A stretch of 56,865 bases of DNA from a virus, in IMG/VR virus record IMGVR_UViG_3300023489_000004, positions 1 to 56,865 of that record. One strand, 5' to 3'. Within the stretch, counting starts at the first letter, position 1; each line of letters starts with the position of its first letter. A program made the translations under genes and the position numbers. The notes beneath the pieces are model-generated. The model was not told the DNA's origin and did not search any database. It worked only from the letters and a program-made list of their open reading frames with translations. Positions 35,560 through 43,542 of the stretch are shown here, piece after piece.

Positions 35560-35754
35560 ATGGACGATAAGGATACGTCGTTTATGTCTTTGATTTTTGC
35601 AGTAGTGATCATGCTTGCTGTGTGTTGGCTAATTTGTACTTTTGGTACATATTTGGTTTGTGTTTGTTTGGGCATTAACTGGGTTATGTCTTATGGCACA
35701 GCTGTGTTCGTTGCTTTGTTAACTATCAAAAGCGTACTTATTTTGATGAAATAA
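35560..35754 (+). CDS. Small membrane protein
   Basis: Two TM helices; in-frame ATG after AGGAAAGGA. Confidence 0.5.
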   Translation: MDDKDTSFMSLIFAVVIMLAVCWLICTFGTYLVCVCLGINWVMSYGTAVFVALLTIKSVLILMK

Positions 35755-35773
35755 TTTTGAAAGGATTTTTATT

Positions 35774-36253
35774 ATGAACAATCAGAATCGAGTTACTAAT
35801 AACATCTCTATCGAGAACGCGCATATTATGTGGCGTAACTTTGCCGGAAAGCCTTCTCAGTATAATGCTCAGGGTAAGCGTAATTTCTGTGTTCAGCTTG
35901 ATGAGGATCTTGCGCATGAGCTTGAGCGTGACGGTTGGGCAGTTAAGTGGCGCGAGCCTCGTGATCCTCAGGATACTCCGTTTGCGTATTTGCAGGTGTC
36001 TGTGAGCTTCGATGTTATTCCGCCTAACATTTATACCGTCACTTCTCGTAATAAGACTCGACTTACTTCTGAGACTGTTGATATTCTCGATTGGGCTGAT
36101 ATCTCTAACGTCGATCTTATCATTCGTCCTTACAATTGGGAGGTTAACGGCAAGCATGGCGTAAAGGCTTATGTCAAGGCCATGTATGTCACTCTCGATG
36201 AGGACGAGTTTGCCGATAAGTATTCTGATCTTTACGACAGTAATGAGGATTAA
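35774..36253 (+). CDS. Putative ssDNA-binding protein (phage SSB-like)
   Basis: Position in the replication module, an acidic DEDEF..YSDLYDSNED tail and a beta-rich core. The assignment is tentative. Confidence 0.4.
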   Translation: MNNQNRVTNNISIENAHIMWRNFAGKPSQYNAQGKRNFCVQLDEDLAHELERDGWAVKWREPRDPQDTPFAYLQVSVSFDVIPPNIYTVTSRNKTRLTSETVDILDWADISNVDLIIRPYNWEVNGKHGVKAYVKAMYVTLDEDEFADKYSDLYDSNED

Positions 36254-37454
36254 TCTATATCCTCATCAAAGAAAAGCGATAAACGAACTGAGGCCTGGCT
36301 CCATCCTTTGCGGTGGGGTCGGGTCCGGTAAGTCCAGAACTGCCATAGCCTATTATTTTTGCCAAGAGTGTGGTGGTAACATATCTTCTGATGGTGAGTT
36401 ATCGTCGATGACAAAACCAAAGGATTTATATATTATCACCACGGCTCGTAAACGAGATACTTTGGAGTGGGAGGATGAATGCTTACCTTTTTTGATAGGC
36501 AAGAAGGATTCTCCATATTCCATGAACTTCGTTGTGGATAGTTGGAACAATGTAAAAAAGTATCAAGATGTAAAAGATGCTTTCTTTATATTCGACGAAC
36601 AGAGAGTGGTTGGTAGCGGTACTTGGGTAAAAGCTTTTCTTAAAATCGCTAAGAATAATCATTGGATTTTACTTTCTGCTACTCCTGGAGACACTTGGTC
36701 TGATTATATCCCAGTGTTTGTGGCAAATGGCTTTTATAAGAATCGAACAGATTTTCTTCGTCAGCACGCAGTCTTTAATCGTTTTACGAAGTATCCTAAG
36801 ATCGATAGATATGTAGATTGTCGAAGGCTTGAAAAGCATAGAGATTCTATAACTGTCGAGATGCCTTTTAAGAAACATACTGTTAGACATATGATCGATG
36901 TGTTTGTCCCTTATGATGAAAATCTATATTCTGTCATAAGTAAAGATCGATGGAATCCGTTTGAAGATCGCCCAATAAAAGATATCAGTGAAGTTTGTTA
37001 TTCTATGCGCAAAGCAGTGAATTCCGATTCAGCTAGAATCGAACAAGTCATATCTTTGTTGGCGAAGAATCCAAAAGCTATTATTTTTTATAACTTTGAT
37101 TACGAATTAGACATGCTTCGAACTATGTGCTTCGAGAATCATATTTCTTGGGGTGAATGGAATGGGCACAATCACCAATCGATTCCAGAAGGAGACCGTT
37201 GGGTATATTTGGTTCAATACACAGCCGGTGCGGAAGGATGGAATTGTATAAAGACCAATGTTGTTATTTTCTATTCGTTGAATTATTCTTATAAAATCAT
37301 GGAACAAGCTTCTGGTCGAATAGATCGAATGAATACTCCATATTTTGATTTGTACTACTATCGTCTTCGATCAAGATCTAGCATTGACTCGGCGATATTC
37401 AAGACATTGATGAATAAGAAAACATTCAACGAAAAGAAATTTCTTGGCGTATGA
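36243..37454 (+). CDS. SF2 (SNF2/DEAD-like) helicase
   Basis: LYPHQRKAI, GGVGSGKS (motif I), FIFDEQ (motif II), SATPG (motif III), QASGRIDR (motif VI). Start uncertain (the track begins at 36171). Confidence 0.7.
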   Translation: MRINLYPHQRKAINELRPGSILCGGVGSGKSRTAIAYYFCQECGGNISSDGELSSMTKPKDLYIITTARKRDTLEWEDECLPFLIGKKDSPYSMNFVVDSWNNVKKYQDVKDAFFIFDEQRVVGSGTWVKAFLKIAKNNHWILLSATPGDTWSDYIPVFVANGFYKNRTDFLRQHAVFNRFTKYPKIDRYVDCRRLEKHRDSITVEMPFKKHTVRHMIDVFVPYDENLYSVISKDRWNPFEDRPIKDISEVCYSMRKAVNSDSARIEQVISLLAKNPKAIIFYNFDYELDMLRTMCFENHISWGEWNGHNHQSIPEGDRWVYLVQYTAGAEGWNCIKTNVVIFYSLNYSYKIMEQASGRIDRMNTPYFDLYYYRLRSRSSIDSAIFKTLMNKKTFNEKKFLGV

Positions 37455-37457
37455 GGC

Positions 37458-37482
37458 TCGCGTAAAAATAACATGCTATAAT
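37458..37482 (+). promoter_or_regulatory. Early-type promoter motif followed by a short hairpin/T-tract leader (37483-37530)
   Basis: CTCGCGTAAAAATAACATGCTATAAT followed by AGAAGGAG, as in P1-P3. Confidence 0.5.
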
Positions 37483-37544
37483 AGAAGGAGTAGAATACGC
37501 CTAGGGGCTAAATCTGCTCCTTTTATTTTTCTGAAAGGTTTTTT

Positions 37545-37838
37545 ATGCCAAAAGAAAATTCCTTTCAAGCACAACTCATAAAAGATTTGAAGATACTGTT
37601 TCCTGGGTGCATGGTTTTAAAGAATGATGCAAACTATATTCAAGGGATTCCGGATCTTCTTATTTTGTTTAATGATCGATGGGCAATGCTTGAATGTAAA
37701 CGAACCGAAAAAGCATCGCATAGACCTAATCAGGAATATTATGTTGACCTTCTAGGAAAGATGTCTTATGCGGCATTCATATACCCTGAGAATAGAGAGG
37801 ATATTTTGAATGAACTTCAACAAGCATTACGATCTTGA
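37545..37838 (+). CDS. VRR-NUC-like PD-(D/E)xK nuclease
   Basis: GIPDLLILFNDRWAMLECK...NQEYY. Confidence 0.6.
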   Translation: MPKENSFQAQLIKDLKILFPGCMVLKNDANYIQGIPDLLILFNDRWAMLECKRTEKASHRPNQEYYVDLLGKMSYAAFIYPENREDILNELQQALRS

Positions 37839-38367
37839 GGGTAAACATGCTTTTCTTAGTGCAAGTCAGCACGCTTGGGTTAACTATGATGAAGGCAAGT
37901 TGATTCGAGTATATTCTAATTTGCTGGCTGCAGCTCGAGGAACTAAACTTCATGAGTTTGCTTGTGAAGCTATTAAGTTGGGAGTTCGACTTCCAGATAA
38001 TAAGCAAACTATTAACATGTATGTTAACGATGCTATTGGTTATAAGATGACTCCCGAGTTGGTTCTTAAGTATTCCAATAATGCTTTTGGAACGGCTGAT
38101 GCTCTTTCTTTCAAGAAGGATCTTTTAAGGATTCATGATTTGAAAACTGGTAGATCAAAAGTTTCTATGGTTCAGTTGGAGATCTATGCGGCTCTATTCT
38201 GTCTAGAGTATGACGTAAAGCCAAATGATATTCAGATGGAGTTGCGGATTTATCAATCAAATGAAGTTCTGGTACACAATCCAGATCCTGATGATATTTT
38301 CCACATCGAAGACAAGATTATTTTGTTCGATCAGCGCATTGAAGAACTCAAGCAAGAGGAGGAATAA
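37810..38367 (+). CDS. PD-(D/E)XK (Cas4/RecB-like) exonuclease family protein
   Basis: HAFLSASQHAW N-terminus, GTADAL and IHDLKTG, QLEIYA. Confidence 0.5.
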   Translation: MNFNKHYDLEGKHAFLSASQHAWVNYDEGKLIRVYSNLLAAARGTKLHEFACEAIKLGVRLPDNKQTINMYVNDAIGYKMTPELVLKYSNNAFGTADALSFKKDLLRIHDLKTGRSKVSMVQLEIYAALFCLEYDVKPNDIQMELRIYQSNEVLVHNPDPDDIFHIEDKIILFDQRIEELKQEEE

Positions 38368-41066
38368 TGAACGATGACGAATTAATGCATTATGGTACTC
38401 CTCGACATTCTGGTCGATATCCTTGGGGTAGTGGCGAGAATCCATATCAATCATCCACTGGTCTTTATGGGATGGCCAAACAGCTAAAAAGCCAAGGCAT
38501 GTCTGATAAAGAAATTGCTGAGTCATTCGGCATGAGTACTCGAGAGTATAAATCAGCATATTCTAATGCAAAGAATGAAGTTCGTGCAGCAAATCGTGCT
38601 GAGGCTCTTAGGCTAAAGGATAAGGGATATTCTAACACCGCTATTGGTAAACGAATGGGCGTTAACGAATCTACTGTTCGCAGCTGGATGGATGAGGATA
38701 TTGCTGAGCGATCAAGTATTTCTAAAAACACAGCAAAAGCTTTAAAGAGCGCTGTAGATGATAAGAAATATATTGACATTGGCGGTGGCGTTGAGAATCA
38801 AATGGGTATTTCTCGTACCGCTCTCGATAATGCCGTTAAGATGCTGAAAGATGAGGGTTATACCGTTCATTATATTCAGACAGAACAACTTGGAACTGGT
38901 CATAAGACCTCCATCAAGGTTCTAGCTCCTCCCGATACTACATATTCTGAAGTATGGAACCATAAAGCCGATATTGAGTTTCCTGGATTTCATTCTGAAG
39001 ATAAAGGCCGAACCATTGATAAAATCGGAAAGCCTGTTAGTATTTCCTCTAAACGCATAAAAATTAATTATGCTGAAGAAGGAGGAAAAGACAAAGATGG
39101 TGTTATCGAACTTCGTCGAGGCGTAGATGATATTTCTTTGGGTAAAGCCAAGTATGCTCAGGTTCGAATCGCTGTAGATGGTACCCATTATTTAAAGGGC
39201 ATGGCAATGTATCGTGATGATATGCCAGATGGTGTTGACATTATATTTAACACTAACAAGGCAAAAGGTACTCCCATGCTTGGCGAAAAGGATAATTCAG
39301 TCCTAAAGCCTATGAAGAAAGATCAGGATAATCCTTTCGGAGCAACTATCAAAGGTGAACGAGAGCTTATTCTTGCTCAGCGATATTATACCGACAAGAA
39401 CGGAAAGCGTCAGCAATCGGCAATTAATATTGTAAACGAGGAAGGCGATTGGAATACCTGGCGAAAGAGCTTATCTTCGCAGATGTTATCTAAGCAAAGT
39501 CCTATGCTGGCTAAGAAGCAATTAAAACTCGCTTATGATCTTAAGCAGGATGAGTTTGATAGTATTATGAAACTCGAGAATCCTGTTATTCGCCAGCAAC
39601 TTCTTGATAAATTCGCAGATGGATGCGATTCGGCATCAGTTCATCTCAAGGCCGCTGGTCTTCCTCGTCAAGCATCAAAGGTTATTCTTCCATTTCCTTC
39701 GATGAAAGAAAACGAAGTTTATGCTCCATCATTTCGTGATGGTGAAGAAGTCGTATTAATTCGATATCCTCATGGCGGAACGTTTGAGATCCCTCGCCTT
39801 AAGGTAAACAACAAAGTTCCAGACGCTAAGAAGACACTTCATAATGCTCAAGATGCAATTGGTATTAACGCCAAAGTGGCTGAGCGATTATCTGGAGCAG
39901 ACTTTGATGGCGATACTGTTCTTGTTATTCCTACAAGCACTGCTAAAATTAAAACTTCTAAGCCTTTGGATGGGTTAAAAGACTTCGACCCTCAACGAGA
40001 CTATAAAGCATATCCTGGTATGCCTGAAGTAAAGGGTTCTGGTTTTAATAAACAGCAACAGATGGGCAATGTTTCAAATCTTATTACAGACATGACCATC
40101 AAAGGTGCTACGCCTGATGAATTGGCTCGTGCTGTTCGCCATTCTATGGTTATTATCGATGCTGAGAAACATAATCTTAATTATAAACAATCGGCTATTG
40201 ATAACAATATTGCTGAGTTGAAAAAGAAATATCAAGGCGGAAGCAATCGCGGAGCTTCTACGATTATTTCTAGAGCCAGTGCTACAGCATATGTTCCGGT
40301 TCGTAAGGAAATAACGAACACGAAATATATGACTGACGATGAGAAGAAGCGATATTCTAAAGGCGAAAAGATATATCGCGAAACTGGTGAAACTTATATT
40401 TCTAAGAAGACTGGAAAAGAAGTCAAACGTATTTCTAAATCCACAAAAATGGCCGAGACTTCTGATGCGAATACTTTATCTTCAGGATATTTAATCGAGA
40501 CCGTATATTCTGAACATGCCAATAAATTAAAGGCCCTAGCAAATAAAGCTCGAGCCGAATCTAGGTCTACTGATTATATTCCATATTCAAAAGAAGCGCA
40601 TGTAAAATATAAAGATCAAGTAGACTCTTTGAATTCTAAGCTAAATATAGCATTGAAGAATAGGCCCCTTGAGCGTAAGGCCCAGCTTATAGCTAATGCT
40701 AAGGTTAAGAATGTATATGCGGCCAATCCAGACATGGATTCGGATGATCTAAAGAAGCTTAAAGGTAGGTGCTTAACAGAGGCCCGCTTACAGACGGGTG
40801 CTTCTAAGCAACAGATTAAGATAGAGCCTAAAGAATGGGAAGCTATTCAGGCTGGTGCTATCTCTACCAATAAGCTTAAGTCTATTGTACAGAACTCAGA
40901 CCTTGATGTACTAAAGCAGTTAGCTATGCCTCGTGAGATGCGTGGTGTAACACCAGCACAAGAGTCAAGGATCAAGGTTCTTGAGAGTCGTGGATACACT
41001 CTTGCTGAGATAGCTGATGCTGTTGGTGTGTCTACTGGTACTATTACCAATGTACTGCAAGGATAG
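38367..41066 (+). CDS. Single-subunit two-barrel RNA polymerase (YonO/RdRP-like) with terminal HTH modules
   Basis: Beta-like barrel motif GTHYLKGMAMYRDDMPDGVDIIFN (aa 272-295). Beta'-like barrel VVLIRYPHGGTFEI...AERLSGADFDGDTVLVIP (aa 462-522). HTH-like segments at aa 44-65, 86-108 and 875-899. Confidence 0.75.
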   Translation: MNDDELMHYGTPRHSGRYPWGSGENPYQSSTGLYGMAKQLKSQGMSDKEIAESFGMSTREYKSAYSNAKNEVRAANRAEALRLKDKGYSNTAIGKRMGVNESTVRSWMDEDIAERSSISKNTAKALKSAVDDKKYIDIGGGVENQMGISRTALDNAVKMLKDEGYTVHYIQTEQLGTGHKTSIKVLAPPDTTYSEVWNHKADIEFPGFHSEDKGRTIDKIGKPVSISSKRIKINYAEEGGKDKDGVIELRRGVDDISLGKAKYAQVRIAVDGTHYLKGMAMYRDDMPDGVDIIFNTNKAKGTPMLGEKDNSVLKPMKKDQDNPFGATIKGERELILAQRYYTDKNGKRQQSAINIVNEEGDWNTWRKSLSSQMLSKQSPMLAKKQLKLAYDLKQDEFDSIMKLENPVIRQQLLDKFADGCDSASVHLKAAGLPRQASKVILPFPSMKENEVYAPSFRDGEEVVLIRYPHGGTFEIPRLKVNNKVPDAKKTLHNAQDAIGINAKVAERLSGADFDGDTVLVIPTSTAKIKTSKPLDGLKDFDPQRDYKAYPGMPEVKGSGFNKQQQMGNVSNLITDMTIKGATPDELARAVRHSMVIIDAEKHNLNYKQSAIDNNIAELKKKYQGGSNRGASTIISRASATAYVPVRKEITNTKYMTDDEKKRYSKGEKIYRETGETYISKKTGKEVKRISKSTKMAETSDANTLSSGYLIETVYSEHANKLKALANKARAESRSTDYIPYSKEAHVKYKDQVDSLNSKLNIALKNRPLERKAQLIANAKVKNVYAANPDMDSDDLKKLKGRCLTEARLQTGASKQQIKIEPKEWEAIQAGAISTNKLKSIVQNSDLDVLKQLAMPREMRGVTPAQESRIKVLESRGYTLAEIADAVGVSTGTITNVLQG

Positions 41067-41079
41067 AAAGGAGAATGAC

Positions 41080-41319
41080 ATGGTGATGCTTACTACTGTT
41101 GACAATCCTTTTGATCCTATCACACAGTTCGATGATTGGTATGAGTATGATGAGTCGAAAGGCTATTGTACTTCTGGTTATGTGGCTCGAATAGCTAAGA
41201 CTAGTGATGATCTATCAAAGAATGATCAAGACCTAGCCATCCAGGCGGCTATCGATGAGATTATTAGTATGAATCCTGATGGTTTTTATAAAAAAGTGAC
41301 GGATTCTACACAAAAATAA
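41080..41319 (+). CDS. Hypothetical conserved phage protein
   Basis: ATG 6 nt after GAAAGGAG; NPFDPITQFDDWYEYD. Confidence 0.55.
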   Translation: MVMLTTVDNPFDPITQFDDWYEYDESKGYCTSGYVARIAKTSDDLSKNDQDLAIQAAIDEIISMNPDGFYKKVTDSTQK

Positions 41320-41340
41320 GACATTTTATATTGTCTTACC

Positions 41341-41378
41341 GGGGAGGGAGGGGTCTCTCGCGAAACTACCCCCTCCCC
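41341..41378 (+). other. GC-rich hairpin with TCGCGA in the loop
   Basis: GGGGAGGGAGGGG pairs with CCCCCTCCCC; the loop is TCTCTCGCGAAACTA. Followed by a polypyrimidine tract. Confidence 0.5.
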
Positions 41379-41442
41379 ACATCGCCGGCCTCTTTCTCTC
41401 TTCTCCAGCGGGATTTTTTCTGAAAACTATCGGAGGTTATTC

Positions 41443-41964
41443 ATGCCTGATACGTGGAAGAAAATACCAGGTTTTTCTCAATATTCTGTATCTAGTTCCG
41501 GAGAAGTTCGGAATGATGTACGAGATTTGATAAAAAAGCCGTTTGTCACTAGTAATGGTTACGCAAATGTTGATTTGTATCGAGATGGGAAGAGGTATAA
41601 ATTCCGGGTTCATCGTTTGGTTGGAGAATTATTCGTTCCAAATCCGGACGAATTAGATTTTGTAAATCACAAAGATGGAAACAAACTAAATAACGATTAT
41701 TCCAATTTGGAATGGGTTACGGCTAGTTATAATATGAAACATGCCTATTCTACTGGCTTGGCAAAACCTAGTAAGGGAATGCTTGGAAAAAAGAATCCTA
41801 ATGGTGGTCGAAAAGGACATCCGGTTCGAGTAATTGAGACTGGCGAAGAATTTCCCAGTATTACTGCTTGTGCCAAAGCCATTAACGGAAACGATAGGCA
41901 TATTTGCGATTGTTTATCTGGTCGTCAATCTTTTCATAAAGGATACTCGTTTGAATTGATTTAA
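41443..41964 (+). CDS. HNH homing endonuclease (NUMOD4 plus HNH_3 type)
   Basis: WKKIPGFSQYSVSSSGEVRN...HRLV...VNHKDGNKLNNDYSNLEWVT. Confidence 0.8.
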   Translation: MPDTWKKIPGFSQYSVSSSGEVRNDVRDLIKKPFVTSNGYANVDLYRDGKRYKFRVHRLVGELFVPNPDELDFVNHKDGNKLNNDYSNLEWVTASYNMKHAYSTGLAKPSKGMLGKKNPNGGRKGHPVRVIETGEEFPSITACAKAINGNDRHICDCLSGRQSFHKGYSFELI

Positions 41965-41967
41965 AAA

Positions 41968-42054
41968 GCCGGAATGGCGGAATTGGCATACGCAGGAGAC
42001 TTAAAATCTCTCGTCATATTTGACTTGTGGGTTCGAATCCCACTTCCGGCACCA
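41968..42054 (+). tRNA. tRNA-Leu (anticodon UAA), type II with long variable arm, CCA encoded
   Basis: Acceptor GCCGGAA/TTCCGGC. Anticodon stem GGAGA/TCTCT with loop CTTAAAA. Variable-arm stem GTCA/TGAC. T-arm GTGGG-TTCGAAT-CCCAC. Confidence 0.85.
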
Positions 42055-42073
42055 TTTATAAGGAGTAAACCAA

Positions 42074-42646
42074 ATGCTACTTGAAGATACAGCAATCAAG
42101 TTTAAGTCCCAGTACAAGAATTTGATTGTTCCTTTTAACGAGAATCAACTTCAGCCTTGTAGTTATGACTTGACTCTCGATAAAGATCTACTAACGTTCG
42201 AGTTTGCATCGAATTCGTGTCCGCCCGATGCATTTATTACGGCTTATGACAAGCAAGTTCATGGTATCGATTACCAATCGATCGATCTTTCTACTCTCAA
42301 AGATGAGATCTATGTTCTTCAGCCGAATCAGTTTATCATTGCTTCAACGCAAGAGACGGTAAACATGCCGGATGACATTGCTGGCCGCTTCGAGGGAAAG
42401 TCTTCTCTCGGTCGTCTTGGACTCACCACCCATGTTACGGCAGGTTTCATTGACGCTGGTTTCTCAGGTCAGATCACACTCGAAATGAAGAACGAGAATC
42501 GCTTTCCCATTTGGATTAAGCGAGGAATGAAGATTGGGCAAATCTGCTTCTTCAAAATGAATGGTCGAGCAAGGCATCCGTATGGATCCGAAGGTCTCGG
42601 CTCACATTACAACAATCAAAATGGACCAACTCCCGCAAGGTCTTAA
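42074..42646 (+). CDS. dcd: dCTP deaminase (dUTPase superfamily)
   Basis: QPCSYDLTL...GRFEGKSSLGRLGLTTHVTAGFIDAGFSGQITLEMKN. Confidence 0.8.
   Translation: MLLEDTAIKFKSQYKNLIVPFNENQLQPCSYDLTLDKDLLTFEFASNSCPPDAFITAYDKQVHGIDYQSIDLSTLKDEIYVLQPNQFIIASTQETVNMPDDIAGRFEGKSSLGRLGLTTHVTAGFIDAGFSGQITLEMKNENRFPIWIKRGMKIGQICFFKMNGRARHPYGSEGLGSHYNNQNGPTPARS
42615..42629 (+). promoter_or_regulatory. Late-region motif copy (ATCAAAATGGACCAA)
   Basis: Exact 10-mer core in the 3' end of dcd, 186-195 nt upstream of the putative small terminase gene (start GTG 42801 or 42810). Confidence 0.3.
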
Positions 42647-42653
42647 TTATTTC

Positions 42654-42778
42654 TAAGCTTACTCACAGAGGGCCTCTGGTCTTTCATAACTAAACAGGGA
42701 TGTGGTGACCCCTGGCTCCTTTCAAGAGGGTACTGAAAAGTATCTGGAAACTCTAGAGGTTCTCCATGAGTAAGCTTA
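42654..42778 (+). other. 125-nt segment closed by a perfect 12-bp inverted repeat, upstream of the small terminase (cos/packaging region or structured RNA candidate)
   Basis: TAAGCTTACTCA (42654-42665) pairs with TGAGTAAGCTTA (42767-42778); internal helices include CAGGG/CCCTG. Confidence 0.4.
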
Positions 42779-42809
42779 TGATTAACTAAGAAAGTATGAG
42801 GTGAGTTAC

Positions 42810-43133
42810 GTGGCAAAGAGTAAAAGGCAAGTAAAACCAGCCTTGACCCCTGAAGAGCAAGAGAATCGTTTAATTGCCGAAGCTACCAATTTGGCAGAAC
42901 GTAAGATTCTTGACGGCACGGCGTCTCCTCAGATCGTGGTTCATTATTTAAAGCTTGGAACCGCCAAAGCAAAGCTTGAGAATGAGAAACTTCAGGAAGA
43001 GAATCGACTTCTCAAAGCTAAGACAGCTAACCTTGAATCTCAGAAGCGTTCTGAGGAGTTCTATCAGAAGGTTCTTGAAGCGATGCGTGATTATTCTGGC
43101 GCTGATGATGGAGAGATAATCGATGAGTATTAG
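42810..43133 (+). CDS. Putative terminase small subunit
   Basis: Position upstream of HNH and TerL; coiled-coil C-terminus. GTG 6 nt after GAGGTG (the track starts at 42801). Confidence 0.45.
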   Translation: MAKSKRQVKPALTPEEQENRLIAEATNLAERKILDGTASPQIVVHYLKLGTAKAKLENEKLQEENRLLKAKTANLESQKRSEEFYQKVLEAMRDYSGADDGEIIDEY

Positions 43134-43536
43134 AACTTACTCGGAACTTATCGAGATTCCATCCTTTAAAGAACGCTACGAGTATCTAAGACTCGATGGC
43201 AAAGTTGGAGAGGATACTTTTGGTTGAAGTCGATACTTAAACCAAGCACTGTATACCTCGGATGAATGGAAACGAATACGACGTCAGGTAATACTTCGTG
43301 ATAACGGATGCGATTTGGCTGTAGCTGGTTTTGAAATTCAAAATAGGCTTTTGATTCATCACATCAATCCGATAACCGCTGAAGACATAGAAACTGGTTC
43401 TCCACTAATCTTCGATTTAAACAATCTTATTTGTTGTTCACTTAATACTCACGAAGCCATTCATTATGGGAATGTAAATCTACTTCCGTCCGATCCAGTT
43501 ATACGCAGACCGAATGATACTTGTTTATGGAGGTGA
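43123..43536 (+). CDS. Terminase-associated HNH endonuclease, interrupted by in-frame TGA (43225-43227)
   Basis: MSIRTYSELIEIPSFKERYEYLRLDGKVGEDTFG, then the stop, then SRYLNQALYTSDEWKRIRRQVILRDNGCDLAVAGFEI..LLIHHINPIT...H in one frame. The track sees only 43315..43536. Confidence 0.6.
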
Positions 43537-43542
43537 TTCTGT

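Noticed and set aside
41341-41353. A G-quadruplex at GGGGAGGGAGGGG.
   Set aside because: It has only three G-runs. A perfectly complementary C-rich arm 16 nt downstream makes a duplex hairpin far more likely.
41968-42054. The possibility that the phage tRNA is a suppressor explaining the in-frame stops.
   Set aside because: The anticodon loop CTTAAAA places UAA at positions 34-36, with U33 and A37 in place. That is a normal Leu (UUA/UUG) reader, not CUA, UCA or UUA.
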